64,000 nucleotides of DNA from Macrostomum lignano (lineage: Eukaryota). The stretch lies in contig NIVC01003772.1 in assembly GCA_002269645.1 (NCBI GenBank), positions 67,627 to 131,626 of the forward strand. Direction: 5' to 3'. Made by a program: the position numbers and the translations under genes. This document shows positions 1 through 13,203 of this stretch, piece by piece. Each line of letters begins with the position of its first letter. Position 1 is the first letter of the stretch. A model generated the notes under the pieces. It worked only from the letters and a program-made list of their open reading frames with translations. It did not search any database and was not told where the DNA came from.

Positions 1-2102
1 ACGCCTCCGCCGCGGCGGCCTTCTTCCTGCTGACGATGCTGGCCTGCTGGCGAAACAGCGACGCTTTGTCGTCGCGTACGTCGCCGGCCATCATTTTCTT
101 CTCGATCAGCTGATTGATCTCGGCGTTCACCTCGCGCATCTGACATTTCGATTGGAAAGAAGCATTTTTAGGTTCACCTAGGCTTTACCTGTTACGAGTC
201 CATACGTGCCTTCTTTGATCGTTATCTACTTGCAACTGTCCACACATGCTGTCTACTGCTAACTGTCAACACCTGCTACCAAACTGTAACTGTCAACACC
301 TGCTACCAAACTGTAACTGTCAACACCTGCTACCAAACTGTAACTGTCAACACCTGCTACCAAACTGTAACTTTCAACACCTGCTACCAAACTGTAACTG
401 TCAACACCTGCTACCAAACTGTAACTGTCAACACCTGCTACCAAACTGTAACTGTCAACACCTGCTACCAAACTGTAACTTTCAACACCTGCTACCAAAC
501 TGTAACTGTCAACACCTGCTACCAAACTGTAACTGTCAACACCTGCTACCAAACTGTAACTGTCAACACCTGCTACTTACATATAACATTCGACACCATT
601 TGCTAACATGTAATCAAACGACAACGTAAACAACGCACCTTGGCCCGGTACTGCTCCAGGTCCGCCTGCCCCATGGCCGGCTCCGAAGCAATCTTTTGCA
701 GATCGGCAACCTGCCGCTTCTCTGTGGCAATCTCAGCCGGTAGCTTCTCAGTCACCATATACCTGTTGATTTTCTTCTCCTCCTCGAGTCGGGCGATCAA
801 ACCGTCGGCTGTGGAACCCGCTGCCGCCTGGCGCATGTCCTTCACCTGCTGGTTGAGTCGCTGAGCACGACTTTGACAGCTTTGTATCTGGAAAATTATT
901 TTTTTTGATGTGCTGAGAAATGGATATTTATTTATTGGGATGACAGAAGGCCCAAATGAACGTGGCCCCGTACAGAATCGAATCATGGATCGTGGTTCGA
1001 GGGTCAGACCGCCGAGATGCTCTGGTAAACTATCAAATGAAACAAATCTAGATTGAGTTCAAGCTCAAAGACTTCAGAAAGTATATACCGTTGGCCACTT
1101 GACTGGCAAATGCTAGAAATGTGTGTTTCAGATTGCAACAGTTTCTCTCCCCCCCAAACTAACCACAGTCCGTTGGTCGCTAATCTGCCTAGAGATTTTG
1201 GCCTCGTGTTCCTTCTCGAGGCGCAGTCGCTGGGCCAACTGCAGCATTGACGCTGAGTTCGGGAAGCTCTGCACTCGCTTCTTAGTCCGGTCAACTCGCC
1301 TAACCAGCTGCTCCTTCTCGTCCTGCATAGCTTTGATGTCTTTCTTGATGTCTCCAGTCGGTAAACTCGCCGACTTAGCCGCCTCAACGTTTTTGTGCAC
1401 CTGCTTGAACTCTTCAATGTGCTCTTCGTATTGAATGTAGAGGTTTTCCACCTCTTCATCCTGAGCAATCTCAGCCGGTATGTTGATCTTTACTAGGAAA
1501 CGGGCAAGGTAGGCGCGCTTCTTTAGCTCTGGTCGTTTCTGCAGCAGCCACTCCAAGATGGGATACACTGTAGTCTTGTTGCCCTGAACCAGGCCCAGCT
1601 TGAAAGTCTCACTGTGGACGAAGACAGGATATGAAATACTGATCACTTTGTTTAGCTAGCTGGCACAAATTCGCTTTAGATTACATTAGCTAACTACGTA
1701 CTCGTAGAAGTTTAACTTTTTTGCACTTTTACGTCTGGTACAAAAGAGAAAGAAGTACTTACAAATGATTAGGATCGCTGGGTGGTTTAAAGCGGAATAT
1801 TCTGAGCGCGTCGATTATTCTAGCAAATGTCTGATCCGCGCTCTCATTCCGGATGTCCATCTGATGCTGTTGAAAATGCAGCAATGAATGTAACACTTAA
1901 AATGGGCGTAGAAAAGATTAAAGGCTTAAAATTAAATCACAATCCATTGAATTCTTACCCGTTCGTCAATTTCAGCAATGACATCGTTCAGAATTTGCAA
2001 CAGCTGTATAGGTTCGAGGGAATCACAGGTGATTAAGTTTAAATTTTTATTGAACGGCTCTTTGTTGAGCTCTTGAACAATATACTTTAGGTTGTCAGTC
2101 AT
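1..2102 (-). CDS. IFT81: Intraflagellar transport protein 81, 5' part. Exons 2102-1959, 1866-1763, 1611-1164, 887-639, 139-<1; gene continues beyond the window start
   Basis: Spliced translation [46 protein letters not shown]...[24 protein letters not shown]...EPAMG...[11 protein letters not shown]...[14 protein letters not shown] matches IFT81; all junctions are GT-AG and phases are consistent. Confidence 0.95.
259..575. repeat. 27-bp minisatellite (ctgtcaacacctgctaccaaactgtaa)n in IFT81 intron 4
   Basis: About 11-12 head-to-tail units; source of the spurious [12 protein letters not shown]. Confidence 0.95.
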
Positions 2103-2303
2103 GTTGCTGCATGCATAAGAAAAAATTGAGGGCCTAGATTAGACCATAAAAATATTTTTGTCTTAAAATAGTAATGAAACAGTTAAACAGAATTTAGGAA
2201 CATATAAATGCATATAAACAAAGTATTAGACTAAATATTAGCTAGATCAGCCAAAATAGTGAAAATTAGGAAATATGTGGGCAATAAACACAACCTGCTA
2301 GAT

Positions 2304-2600
2304 CATACATGCGCAACCTCCAAAATTCGGTCGGCCATGCGACTTAGTTTTAACAAAAATGCGACATAGTTTTTGGCCAAAAATGTGACTTACATGTAAA
2401 AAACCCTAAAGCAAAATTAACGCAACTTTGGGTAAACGGCAGGAGTAACTATGACTGTTTTATTAGGTCAAAATGCCTCGTCAGCTACTTAGTACTACTA
2501 CTTTAGTATCTATTTGGGTGGGCATTTTTGCGACCTCCTTGGTTGGCCGTCAAATCGGTCGGCCGGATCGGCCGACTCGGCCGACTGTTGCGCATGTATG
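2304..2600. mobile_element. MITE, 297 bp, 14-bp TIR CATACATGCGCAAC, 8-bp TSD TGCTAGAT
   Basis: TIRs at 2304-2317 and 2587-2600; TGCTAGAT at 2296-2303 and 2601-2608; second copy inverted at 62134-62427. Confidence 0.9.
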
Positions 2601-3489
2601 TGCTAGATATAAAAAAAATGTTTTAGCCAGTCATAATGGCTGAACAAAAACAGCCTATAGTAAATTGTTCTGTATACCAACAAATTAGAAAGGTATATAT
2701 ATTAAATTTCCAGTAAAACTTAGTACAAAAAAAGACTTATTATAAATTAATAACGTTGCCTTAAGTTTATAAATTGAGACTTTAAACCACATGTTAAAAT
2801 TAGCTGCCAGTTTTTACGATGCTATACGTAAATTCAAGTAAAATAAGTTCATGCTACAAATTGAGAACTCAAGGACTTCTAGACTAACAGGACGTAAAAT
2901 TCAAAGATCGTGCAATTTTTTGGAGGCCACGATTTCCTGGAAAAAATACACTGCGAAGATAGGAAAAAATCTGCTTTTTGTCACAAAATCTGTGATTGTA
3001 TTTGATCTGGGGCAGTGAAGACTACCATTCTTTTAATTTAACATGCACAACATGTTACTCTATTATATTTTCATATAGCTGTGTAGTGAAGTTTTCATTT
3101 TCATATTGTTTTCACTTTATTTCATAAGCCCAAAGTTGCAAACTCACAAGTGGCATTAGCCAAATATAAAATTCAAGAAAAGAAAAGCTATTCAAATTTG
3201 TAATATAATAATATTTTTAGCCTTTAAAATAAAAATGACAAAAGGACTAATCAATTTTTTTTCTTATAGATACCTAGTAAAAATGGTTAGGGCCTATTTT
3301 TGTGATTAAGTCTATTCTTCTTAAATCTTAGTCTTAAACTAGCAATCTTCGCCCCCCGATGGGGGACATCTGGATAGAATCTCTGTTCTCTACAAGTAAC
3401 AAAAAGACAGCCAGAAAATCCTTCACAAAGACAACAGACAAACTGCTCAAATGAAGTGAATTGCAATAAGAAATCTTCCCAAGACCACA

Positions 3490-3955
3490 AGCATCCCCCA
3501 GATAGCAAGCATTCCCCAGATAGCAAGCATCCCTCAAATAGCAAGCATCCCCCAGATAGCAAGCATCCCCCAGATAGCAAGCATCCCCAGATAGCAAGCA
3601 TCCCCCAGATAGCAAACATCCCCCAGATAGCAAGCATCCCCCAGATAGCAAGCATTCCCCAGATAGCAAACATTCCCCAGATAGCAAGCATTCCCCAGAT
3701 AGCAAGCATCCCTCAGATAGCAAGCATACCCCAAATAGCAAGCATCCCTCAGATAGCAAGCATCCCTCAGATAGCAAGCATCCCCCAGATAGCAAGCATC
3801 ACTCAGATAGCAAGCATCCCTCAGATAGCAAGCATCCACCAGATAGCAAGCATCCCTCAGATAGCAAGCATCCCCCAAATTGCAAGCATCGCCCAGATAG
3901 CAAGCATCCCCCAGAAGGCAAGCATCCCCCAAATAGCAACCATCCACCAGACAAA
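3490..3955. repeat. 18-19 bp minisatellite (cagatagcaagcatcccc)n inside the long-TIR element
   Basis: Tandem units; gives the QIASIP pseudo-ORF. Confidence 0.9.
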
Positions 3956-4049
3956 AAGTAGCTAGAGCGACAATTTCCTTAGCTTTATAGTGGCTCCTTT
4001 AAATTGGCATGGCGCTTTATACCTTTACATTTGAAATTGTATATCTTGA

Positions 4050-6105
4050 ATGTTTGACATGGTGGCTCTTTTATGTTTGACATGGTGGCTCTTTATTGTT
4101 CGACATGGTGGCTTTTTTATGTTTGACATGGTGGCTCTTGTATGTTCGACATGGTGGCTCTTTTAATGGTCGACATGGTGGCTCTTTAATGTTCTTCATG
4201 TTGGCTCTTTTATGTTTGACATGCTGGCTTTTTTATGTTTGACATGGTGGCTCTTTTATGTTCGACATGGTGGCTCTTTTATGTTCTACATGGCTGCTCT
4301 TTTATGTTCGACATGGTGGCTCTTGTATGTTCGACATGGTCGCTCTTTTGGGTTTGAAATGGTGGCTCTTTAATATTTGACAAGGTGGCCCTTTAATGTT
4401 TAACATGGTGGCTCTTTAAATTTCGAAATGGTGGCTCCTTAATTTTCGAAATGGTGGCTGTTTTATGTTTGACATGGTGGCTCTTTAATGTTCGACATGG
4501 TGGCTCTTTAATGTTCTTAATGGTGTCTGTTTTATGTTTGACATGGTGGCTCTTTATTGTTCGACATGGTGGCTCTTTAATTTTCGAAATGGTGGCTGTT
4601 TTATGTTTGACATGGTGGCTCTTTAATATTTGACAAGGTGGCCCTTTAATGTTTAACATGGTGGCTCTTTAATTTTCGAAATGGTGGCTCCTTAATTTTC
4701 GAAATGGTGGCTCTTTTATGTTTGACATGGTGGCTCTTTAATGTTTGACATGGTGGCTCTTTAATGTTCGACATGGTGGCTCTTTAATGTTCTTAATGGT
4801 GTCTGTTTTATGTTCGACATGGTGGCTCTTTTATGTTCGACATGGTGGCTCTTTAATGTTCGACATGGTGGCTCATTTAGGTTTGAAATGGTGGCTCTTT
4901 AATGTTTGACATTGTGGCTCTTTAATATTTGACAAGGTGGCTCTTTAATGTTCGACATGGTGGCTTCTTAATTTTCGAAATGGTGGCTCCTTAATTTTCG
5001 AAATGGTGGCTGCTTTATGTTTGACATGGTGGCTCTTTAATGTTTGACATGGTAACTCTTTTATGTTTGATATGGTGGCTCTTTTATGTTCGACATGGTG
5101 GCTCTTTAATGTTCGACATGGTGGCTCCTTTAGGTTTGAAATGGTGGCTCTTTAATGTTTGACATTGTGGCTCTTTTATGTTCGACATGGTGGCTCTTTT
5201 AGGTTTGACATGGTGACTCTTAAATGTTTGACATGGTGGCTCTTTAATGTTTCACATGGTGGCTCTTTAATATTTGACATAAAGTCACATATATGTTTGA
5301 CATGGTGGCTCCTAAATGTTTGACATGGTGGCTCTTTAATGTTCGACATGGTGGCTCCTTAATTTTCGAAATGGTGGCTCCTTAATTTTCGAAATGGTGG
5401 CTGCTTTATGTTTGACATGGTGGCTCTTTAATGTTTGACATGGTAACTCTTTTATGTTTGATATGGTGGCTCTTTTATGTTCGACATGGTGGCTCTTTAA
5501 TGTTCGACATGGTGGCTCCTTTAGGTTTGAAATGGTGGCTCTTTAATGTTTGACATTGTGGCTCTTTTATGTTCGACATGGTGGCTCTTTTAGGTTTGAC
5601 ATGGTGACTCTTAAATGTTTGACATGGTGGCTCTTTAATGTTTCACATGGTGGCTCTTTAATATTTGACATAAAGTCACATATATGTTTGACATGGTGGC
5701 TTCTAAATGTTTGACATGGTGGCTCTTTATGTTTGACATGGTGGCTCTTTTATGTTCGACATGGTGGATCTTTTTTGTTCTACATGGTAACTCTTTTATG
5801 TTTGATACGGTGGCTTTTGAATGTCTGACATGTTGGCTCTTTTATGTTTGACATGGTGGCTCTTAATTGTTTGACATAGTGGCTCTTTAATGTTCAAAAT
5901 GGTGGCTCTTTAATGTTCGAAATGGTGGCTCTTTAATGTTCGAAATGGTGGCTGTTTTATGTTTGACATGGTGGCTCTTTTATGTTTGACATGGTGGCTC
6001 TTTAATGTTCGACATGGTAGCTCTTTAATGTTCGACATGGTAGCTCTTTTATGTTTGACATGGTAACTCTTTTATGTTCGATATGTTGGCTCTTCTATGT
6101 TTGAC
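4050..6105. repeat. 23-24 bp minisatellite (tttgacatggtggctctttaatg)n, ~2 kb, inside the long-TIR element
   Basis: Tandem units with a 391-bp higher-order duplication (marker aaagtcacatatatg at 5281 and 5672). Confidence 0.9.
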
Positions 6106-6109
6106 ATTG

Positions 6110-6723
6110 CGCTTCTTTGATGTTTAGCAGTTTTGTTGTGTTTTTAAGGTGTTTTAATAAAAAAATCTTTTTGCACTACTATGATTCGAACCCAGGTCGC
6201 TACATTAGCATTCCAGTCTGTTCGCATCAGGGCTATCTCTTTTCAATTGGAGAACATGAATTGTGGCCCTTATAATTCAATTCTTACAGCAAGTCAATTG
6301 GAGTAAAAAGTTATGACATAATCAATTTCTCAGTCAGCCAGTATCAGTCTCAATTTAAGTTAGCAATATGGTTACGCAATTTAAATCAAGTCGTGTGTGC
6401 ATTTCTTCGGTACTGTTTTCAACTTGTTGTGATGCAATCTTTATCACAATCGGAATTCAGTCAGTCAGTTTTTTCTCTAGCATTCTTACAATGCATTTCA
6501 GGTCGAAAGAGCTGCTTGACCTTTGCAAAAAAGCATGTTTTTCGAATATTTAATCCCTTTAAAATTGAGCAATTTCTTAGCCAAGATGCATGTACCGTCC
6601 CAGGAAAATTTCTGATCGAATAATGCAAGTTTGAAGAAAATCGGTTGAGCCATTTTTTCTGAAATCTATCGCATACCTACCTACCTACCTACCCACAGAC
6701 AACTCATTTTTAGTATATAGGAT
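6110..6723 (+). mobile_element. Possible non-autonomous Helitron/Helentron-like insert nested in the long-TIR element
   Basis: 3' end reads aaaatcggttgagccatt...(ccta)n...acagacaactcatttttagtatatag, resembling invertebrate non-autonomous Helitron-like ends; B-box-like ggttcgaat on the minus strand near 6185; boundaries uncertain. Confidence 0.3.
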
Positions 6724-8687
6724 ATAGGCTTGGCTTAAAAACTGATAATACAGCTTTCTCAAGCCTAGGTAACCAACCATATGAAACTATGTATTGGTAA
6801 TCTATATATAATAAAAAAATCATTGTCTAAATTTAATTACTTATTAGGCTAGATAGTGTACTGTAGTGATAGGTCTAGTTCTAGTAGGCCTAGGAATTAG
6901 TATAGTTACTAAACCTACAATAATAGCTTAAGACTAAGAGTACCTACATGCAATGTTTTTATACTTTATTTTAAAAAGAACAACACAAAAAGTTTGGCTA
7001 GGCCTAATGCCACTTGTAAGTTTGCAACTTTGGGCTTATGAAATAAAGTGAAAACAATATGAAAATGAAAACTTCACTACACAGCTATATAAAAATATAA
7101 TAGAGTAACATGTTGTGCATGTTAAATTAAAAGAATGCTAGTCTTCACTGCCCCAGATCAAATACAATCACAGATTTTGTGATGAAAAACAGATTTTTTC
7201 CTATCTTCGCAGTGTATTTTTTCCAGGAAATCGTGGCCTCCAAAAAATTGCACGATCTTTGAGTTTTACGTCCTGTTAGTCTAGAAGTCCTTGTGAGAAC
7301 TATACGACTTTATAACTTTAAAGCTTAAAGTATTACTGGTCCAAAAGTAGCATTGCTACAAAAGTAAATGTAATTGCATCAAAAATGTTCTAACAGATGA
7401 CAAATTAAAAAGAAAAGAATGCTACCTTCAAAATATTTAAAAGTTAGTAAAAAGATAAGAATTATAAGTATTTTGACAAAATAAAGAGTCAAATCAAAAG
7501 TTTTTGCTTGTTAGTATGTACAAAATATATTTAGATATACGCTTTGTTTAAATATGAACTTTTTTCTAAAACTTGAAGTGCCTTTTTTTCGAAACACGCA
7601 TCGCAACGACCGGTGATCAAAATTGGTGAATCGTTCTTTCGATGGTCACAAATTTTATAAAATAATGCGATAGTTAAATCCACACATGAAAATTGTTTCG
7701 TTTAGATTTTGGGAAGAATTTATTAAAATGTTAGAAGACCTGGAAAGTGGAAAGCATAGGGCCTAGTAGTTTGAAGCATTGAAGAATTGAATGAGATTTT
7801 ATTTTTTGGCATAGGGCCTACACTTACTCAATTACTGTGACTTATTTTTTCCATACAAATAAATAGCCATCTGGAAAATCACTCTGAAAAAAGATTAAGA
7901 GCTAAGAAAGCTTGTTTTAATGTAATTTAATTCTCTTATTTTATAATTTCCAACAACTTTTTGTTCAAGCTTATGATAGGCCTAGCCTAGCTCATGCACA
8001 TATGCTTTGTCTACTGGTCTACAGACTCTCAGTACAGGTACTAAGAATTATGGCCTACTGAACAGTGCAGATTGAGATATTGAGATATTAGGTATATTAT
8101 ATAATAGGCCTACTAAGTCCTAAAACTGTGATCTAACTGTTCTATTAGTTAGCCATAATGCCCATAAGCCATAAGGTTTGACTAGGCGTAAAAAGTATTT
8201 TTTTTTCATTTGAATATTGGGTGCTAGTGAATCTAGTAGCCAGTTAAATGTAGAATCTGTAGCAGAATTGGAATGGAATAGGCCTAGCAGGGTAAAATGT
8301 ATAAATTTGTAGGGCCTAATAGAATGGTAAATTGCAAAATCAATTGTAGATTGTTGAATGTAATCTAGGCCTAATCTCTAATGGGAGACAAGGAAATGCT
8401 TTAAACCTTGGTGGTGCTTCAACATGCCTTTTATTTTTATTGTTTATATGAATGCAAAGTATATTTTAGTTAATAACATTTGTAATTGCAAAGGTTGCTT
8501 ATTCACTAAAAAGGTAATCAACCAATGCACATTTCAGCTATTCTCTGTGTTTAGCATTACTTGCATCAATAAACAAAATGACTAAAGTCCTTACTAGACT
8601 GCTGTAGTGTAAATCCATATGCCAATGCAGGTAGTATATTTAGTTTCATAATTGCATGATAACAGAATCTCAATAATCAGTGCAAAG

Positions 8688-11600
8688 ATGTCTCTAGACC
8701 CTGCTGTACAGAGGCGACAGCAGTTGCAGCCTAATCGGCACTATTCTTGTGACTCGGCAGAGATGCGCATAGCTGGGCAGTATGAGCTGCATCACACCAT
8801 TGGCCGGGGCCATTTTGCTGTTGTCAAACTAGCTAGGCACGTGTTTACTGGCGAACAGGTTGCCGTTAAAGTTATTGACAAAGCTAAGTTAGATTCGTCT
8901 AATCGAGAGAGCCTCTATCAGGAGGTGATGTGTATGAAGCTTGTACAGCATCCGAATGTTGTCAGGCTGTATGACGTAATTGATACGCCTAATAAGCTCT
9001 ATCTCATATTGGAGTTGGGCGACGGCGGTGACCTGTACGATTTCATTGTTCGACAGGACGACAACAGCGGATTAAAGGAGTCTTTAGCTAAGAGTTTCTT
9101 TTATCAGATTGTCACTGCAATTGCTTATTGTCATCGGTTGCACGTGTGTCATCGAGATTTAAAATTAGAGAACTGTGTTGTATTCGAACGACTGGGCGTT
9201 GTTAAACTGACCGATTTCGGTTTCTCCAATGTGTTCACGCCTGGCAAGTATTTGGAAACCTCTTGCGGCTCGTTGGCCTATTCGGCGCCGGAAATTCTGC
9301 TTGGCGATTCCTATGATGCGCCTAAGGTGGATGTCTGGTCGCTAGGTGAGCTTCTGAGTTTTGTAGCAGGCTCTCTAGAGATTAAGGATGCCAAATTGGA
9401 AACCCAGCTGGCAGCAGTCAAAGCATATCTATACCCTATGCTTTTGATCTGTTAAGCCTCTGACCTCTGACTACTGAGAATCCTCCATACGCTGCCTGCA
9501 AGGGGCCTTGGCTGTTTCTTGCCTTAGTCTATGGGCCATAGTCGATTGTCGATTGTTTTGTATAACAGAAACAGAAACAGATACAATTGATGTTGCAAAG
9601 AATAAAATGAAATGACTGCGATGAGTCGCTGGCTGTCTACAGATGAAGCAATAGGCATTTGGACTGCAGAGTATTGTATTAGATATAAGTGATAAATGCA
9701 AGTAGGCAACATCCCTTGTGGTGTTGGAGAGGCAATGGTCAAGGAGGGTTGAGCTCGCAGGGGCTGGAGAGAGCTAGGAAAGAGAGAAACCGATCGATTC
9801 TCAGTTTGGGTTTCTTTTTATCACTTTGGTTGGCTTTGACAGTCTTAGCCCATAGACTAAGGCATGAAACAGCCAAGGCCCCTCGCAGCAGCGTATGGAG
9901 GATTCTCTCGGTTTAAATGGCTTTTTTCTCAGTTAGGCTGTCAAAAACACTACTTGAACTAATTACATTAAATATGACATTTAGCTCCTCTTAGAGTGCA
10001 TTTTAATGAGTATCTAATTATTCTAAATCAGGGAAATTTTGAAATGTAAAATATAAAAACTAGCTAATAAGCAGTGTCAATAAGCGCGTGACTTACCACC
10101 GCTGTACCCCCTGTGTGAGTGGGTGTGTGAGTGTGTGCCTGCCTACGGTCTTGGCGCGCTTGTGTGTGGGCAGAATCGTGTGTGGCCAAGCGCAGCGGAA
10201 TGGCGCAGAATCGCTGCACCTCTGCATGGTTGTGGGACAAAGTCACCGAGGGCGTTGCGCCTGGGTGCCCACAAAATAACTTTTGCAATGATTAAAATGA
10301 TTGACAAGTGTCGCTCATCGTTCATACCATCGTTTGACAGGCGTGATCCTATTCATGCTAGTATCCGGTCGACTGCCATTTCAAGAGCCTAACGATTCCG
10401 AGACCTTAGCTCGCATTATGGACGTGCGTTACAAAGTCCCTAAGCACGTTACCGACCAATGTCGCAGCCTAATTAGCCGATTATTGCAGCGGGATCCATC
10501 GAAACGGCCAACTTTGGATGGCATACTAACTGACGATTGGTTCGCCGACGTGCAGCATAGCGTCTACGATGAGAGGCCATTGATTAGTCTGGGTAGGATT
10601 AGTCAGGCTGACCAACAGGAGGTTATTGGCAAGATGGTGAGTAGCAGATGTTAGAGACAGTCCTGGGTTTTGGTTTACATTCATATTTTCTGTCCTAATG
10701 TACATCCATGCAATTTTCTCTCTTGCCCAGTGTACATGCTTGCTGTTTATCTCTGCCCCAGTGTACATCCAGACTGTGTGCCCCAATGTACAGTTTGGTT
10801 CTCTGTCCCAATGTACATTGAGTTTCTCTGTCCCAATGTACAGCCAGATTATCTGCCTCAATGTACATTCATGCAGTTTTCTCTCTGCCCAGTGTACAAT
10901 CATGCAGTTTTTTTTCTGCCCATTGTACAACCAGATTCTCTGCCCCAATGTACATTGAGATTCTCTGCCCCAATGTACATTCCGATTCTCTGCCCCAATG
11001 TACATTGAGATTCTCTGCTCCAATGTACATTCAGATTCTCTGCCCCAATGTACATTCCGATTCTCTGCCCCAATGTACACTGAGATTCTCTGCCCCAATG
11101 TACATTCGGATTCTCTGCCCCAATGTACATTCGGATTCTCTGCCCCAATGTACATTCAGATTCTCCGCCCCAATGTACATTCCGATTCTCTGCCCCAATG
11201 TACATTCAGATTCTCTGCTCCAATGTACATTAAAATTTTCTGTCTCGGTGTCCGTTCAGTTTGTCACAAACTTGCAGTCGATTTAAACAATTTGAACTGT
11301 CGCACTGCAGGTGGACGGCGGCCTAGCAACAGAGCAGGAGATACTCGAAGCATTAGAACGCGACGATTACAGTTACATTACGTCCACGTTTTATCTGCTA
11401 GCTGAGAGGTTAATTAAACGGAACCTAGCATCTCCGGCCGCGGGTTCTTCCGCTCGACATTTGCTGCTACAACATCAGCAGCATCAAAGCCAGCGAAAGA
11501 CATCGGATCCGTCTGCATTGTCGGCAGCGAGTGCTGACATTCAGCAGCAGCAACAGCAAGCATCCAGCGGCGGCGGCAGCAGTCGACAATCTTCGTCTGC

Positions 11601-12825
11601 TTCGCTTAGCGTCGAAGAGAAACTGCGCCGTTTCTCAATGATTCTAGAAGAAGAAGACGACGATGTCGCTTGTTTGGAAGAGGCCGGTGCCGCCGGCGCC
11701 GCGGCCGCAGCGGCTGGGAGCGGCACCCCGCCGGTTCGTTTGCAGTCTCCGCAGTTCAGCGGCGGCGGTGGGGTGGGCGGCCGTCTCTCCAGCCTATCAG
11801 GATTGGCCGCCCTGTGCGATCCAATCAGAGAAGAGGAGACAGGGGAGGGCGGAGTGCTGCAGATTCCTACGCCGGTTCTTTCTTCATCGGCGCTGTTTCC
11901 CGGCGCGGCGACGCTGCAATCTGCGAATATCGGCGGCGGAGGCTCGTCGACATCGTCGCAGAAGCGTCGATCTAGCGCGGCTAGAGAGAGCAGTTTCTCG
12001 TTGAGCTCGCTGGCTTCGAGTCTTCGATCGCTGTCGTCTCAGCGGGTGGCAGTGGATTTGATGCGCGATCTAGGCGGCTGTCCCAGCCCTATTAACAATG
12101 GCAGCAAGCAGAACTCGTGTGTGTTCTATCCAGCTAGCGGAAATACTACTACCAGTACTACTACTAGCAATAACAATAATAGTAATTCCACAATTCTCGC
12201 TGCCACCACGGCGCCAGTTGCTTCAACAGATGAAGTTGACCTTGAAGCCGACTCTGACGACGACTGCGACAGAGAAATAATTGACAACAATTCCGGAGAT
12301 GATACTGTGGATTCGAGCAGAAAGAATGCTACTAGAAGTAGTAGTAGTAATAAACAGCCGCGCAAAGAGTCCGATAGTAATCACAATAGGCGAACTGGCT
12401 TATCCGGTCATGTTAATCAGTGCGTATCGCTTAGCTCAGAAGAGATCCACAGAGCGTCTGATAGCGGGTCATCTACTCGTTCGCAAAAGCAGAAACAGCA
12501 GCAGCAGCAGCAGCAAGCGCATTCTTCCAGACAGCGCAGGCGTTCGTCCCGCAGTTCTAGACAGCGAAATAGTAGGCAGATCGGTCGCCTGCCTCCGCAC
12601 AATAGCGGTGGTCATCAGCAGAGAAATCATAGTCACCAGGCGGTTGATATCAACAGCGGCAATGCCAAATGGCAGCGTCAGCAACAGCTGGCTTCCTGTT
12701 CAAGACAGGATAGCGGATTAGTCATCGCTGTTGCTAATTCCTCGGCTCAAGCCACTAATACTGCTCAGGCTGCGTCAAAAGCATCAATGGAGAAGTTTCG
12801 AATACGGTGTTGTACAATCAGCTGA
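8688..12825 (+). CDS. SNRK: SNF-related serine/threonine kinase (AMPK-related), 822 aa. Exons 8688-9345, 10341-10636, 11311-12825
   Basis: [85 protein letters not shown]|[12 protein letters not shown]-like [21 protein letters not shown]; GT-AG junctions in phases 1 and 0. Confidence 0.93.
9476..9907. mobile_element. ~430-bp inverted-repeat element (MITE-like) with ~60-bp arms in SNRK intron 1
   Basis: 9476-9536 vs 9848-9907 reverse-complement match with 1 indel and 2 substitutions; no TSD found. Confidence 0.7.
10690..11230. repeat. ~25-bp minisatellite (agattctctgccccaatgtacatt)n in SNRK intron 2
   Basis: Degenerate at the 5' side, homogeneous from ~10930. Confidence 0.9.
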
Positions 12826-13203
12826 ATTGGAAATCAATCTGCATTTGTTTTGTGTGCGCGCGTTTGGGAAATTCAACTGAAATTGATGAAATCAATCGTT
12901 ACTGATCGATCTGACGGCTTGCAAAATTTTACGTAACTGCGGTAGAAACAGTGTCATTCGGCATTGCCCAGCTGGCACTACAGGTGCTAGAATAGTCAGC
13001 TATTTCACTCGAAATTTGTTTTAAAAAATCGAAGCATCTACTCTTTTTTCAGTAGTTTATCTGCGCAGTGTCACCTAAGTTTAATGTGACAGCTAAAATT
13101 TTCTTTCCTTCCTCGCTCGAGGTTTGTAGCCTAAGGATCATCCCTGGGATTAAGAATATTAAACTTGATGTAAAAAAGTGAAACAGACAGTCTAGTTAGT
13201 TAA

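Larger units (their letters stand above)
2870..7293. mobile_element. 4.4-kb non-autonomous long-TIR (foldback-like) DNA transposon, CAAGG termini, 8-bp TSD TGAGAACT
   Basis: 2870-~3164 is the near-perfect reverse complement of ~6994-7293; TGAGAACT at 2862-2869 and 7294-7301; no transposase ORF inside. Confidence 0.85.
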
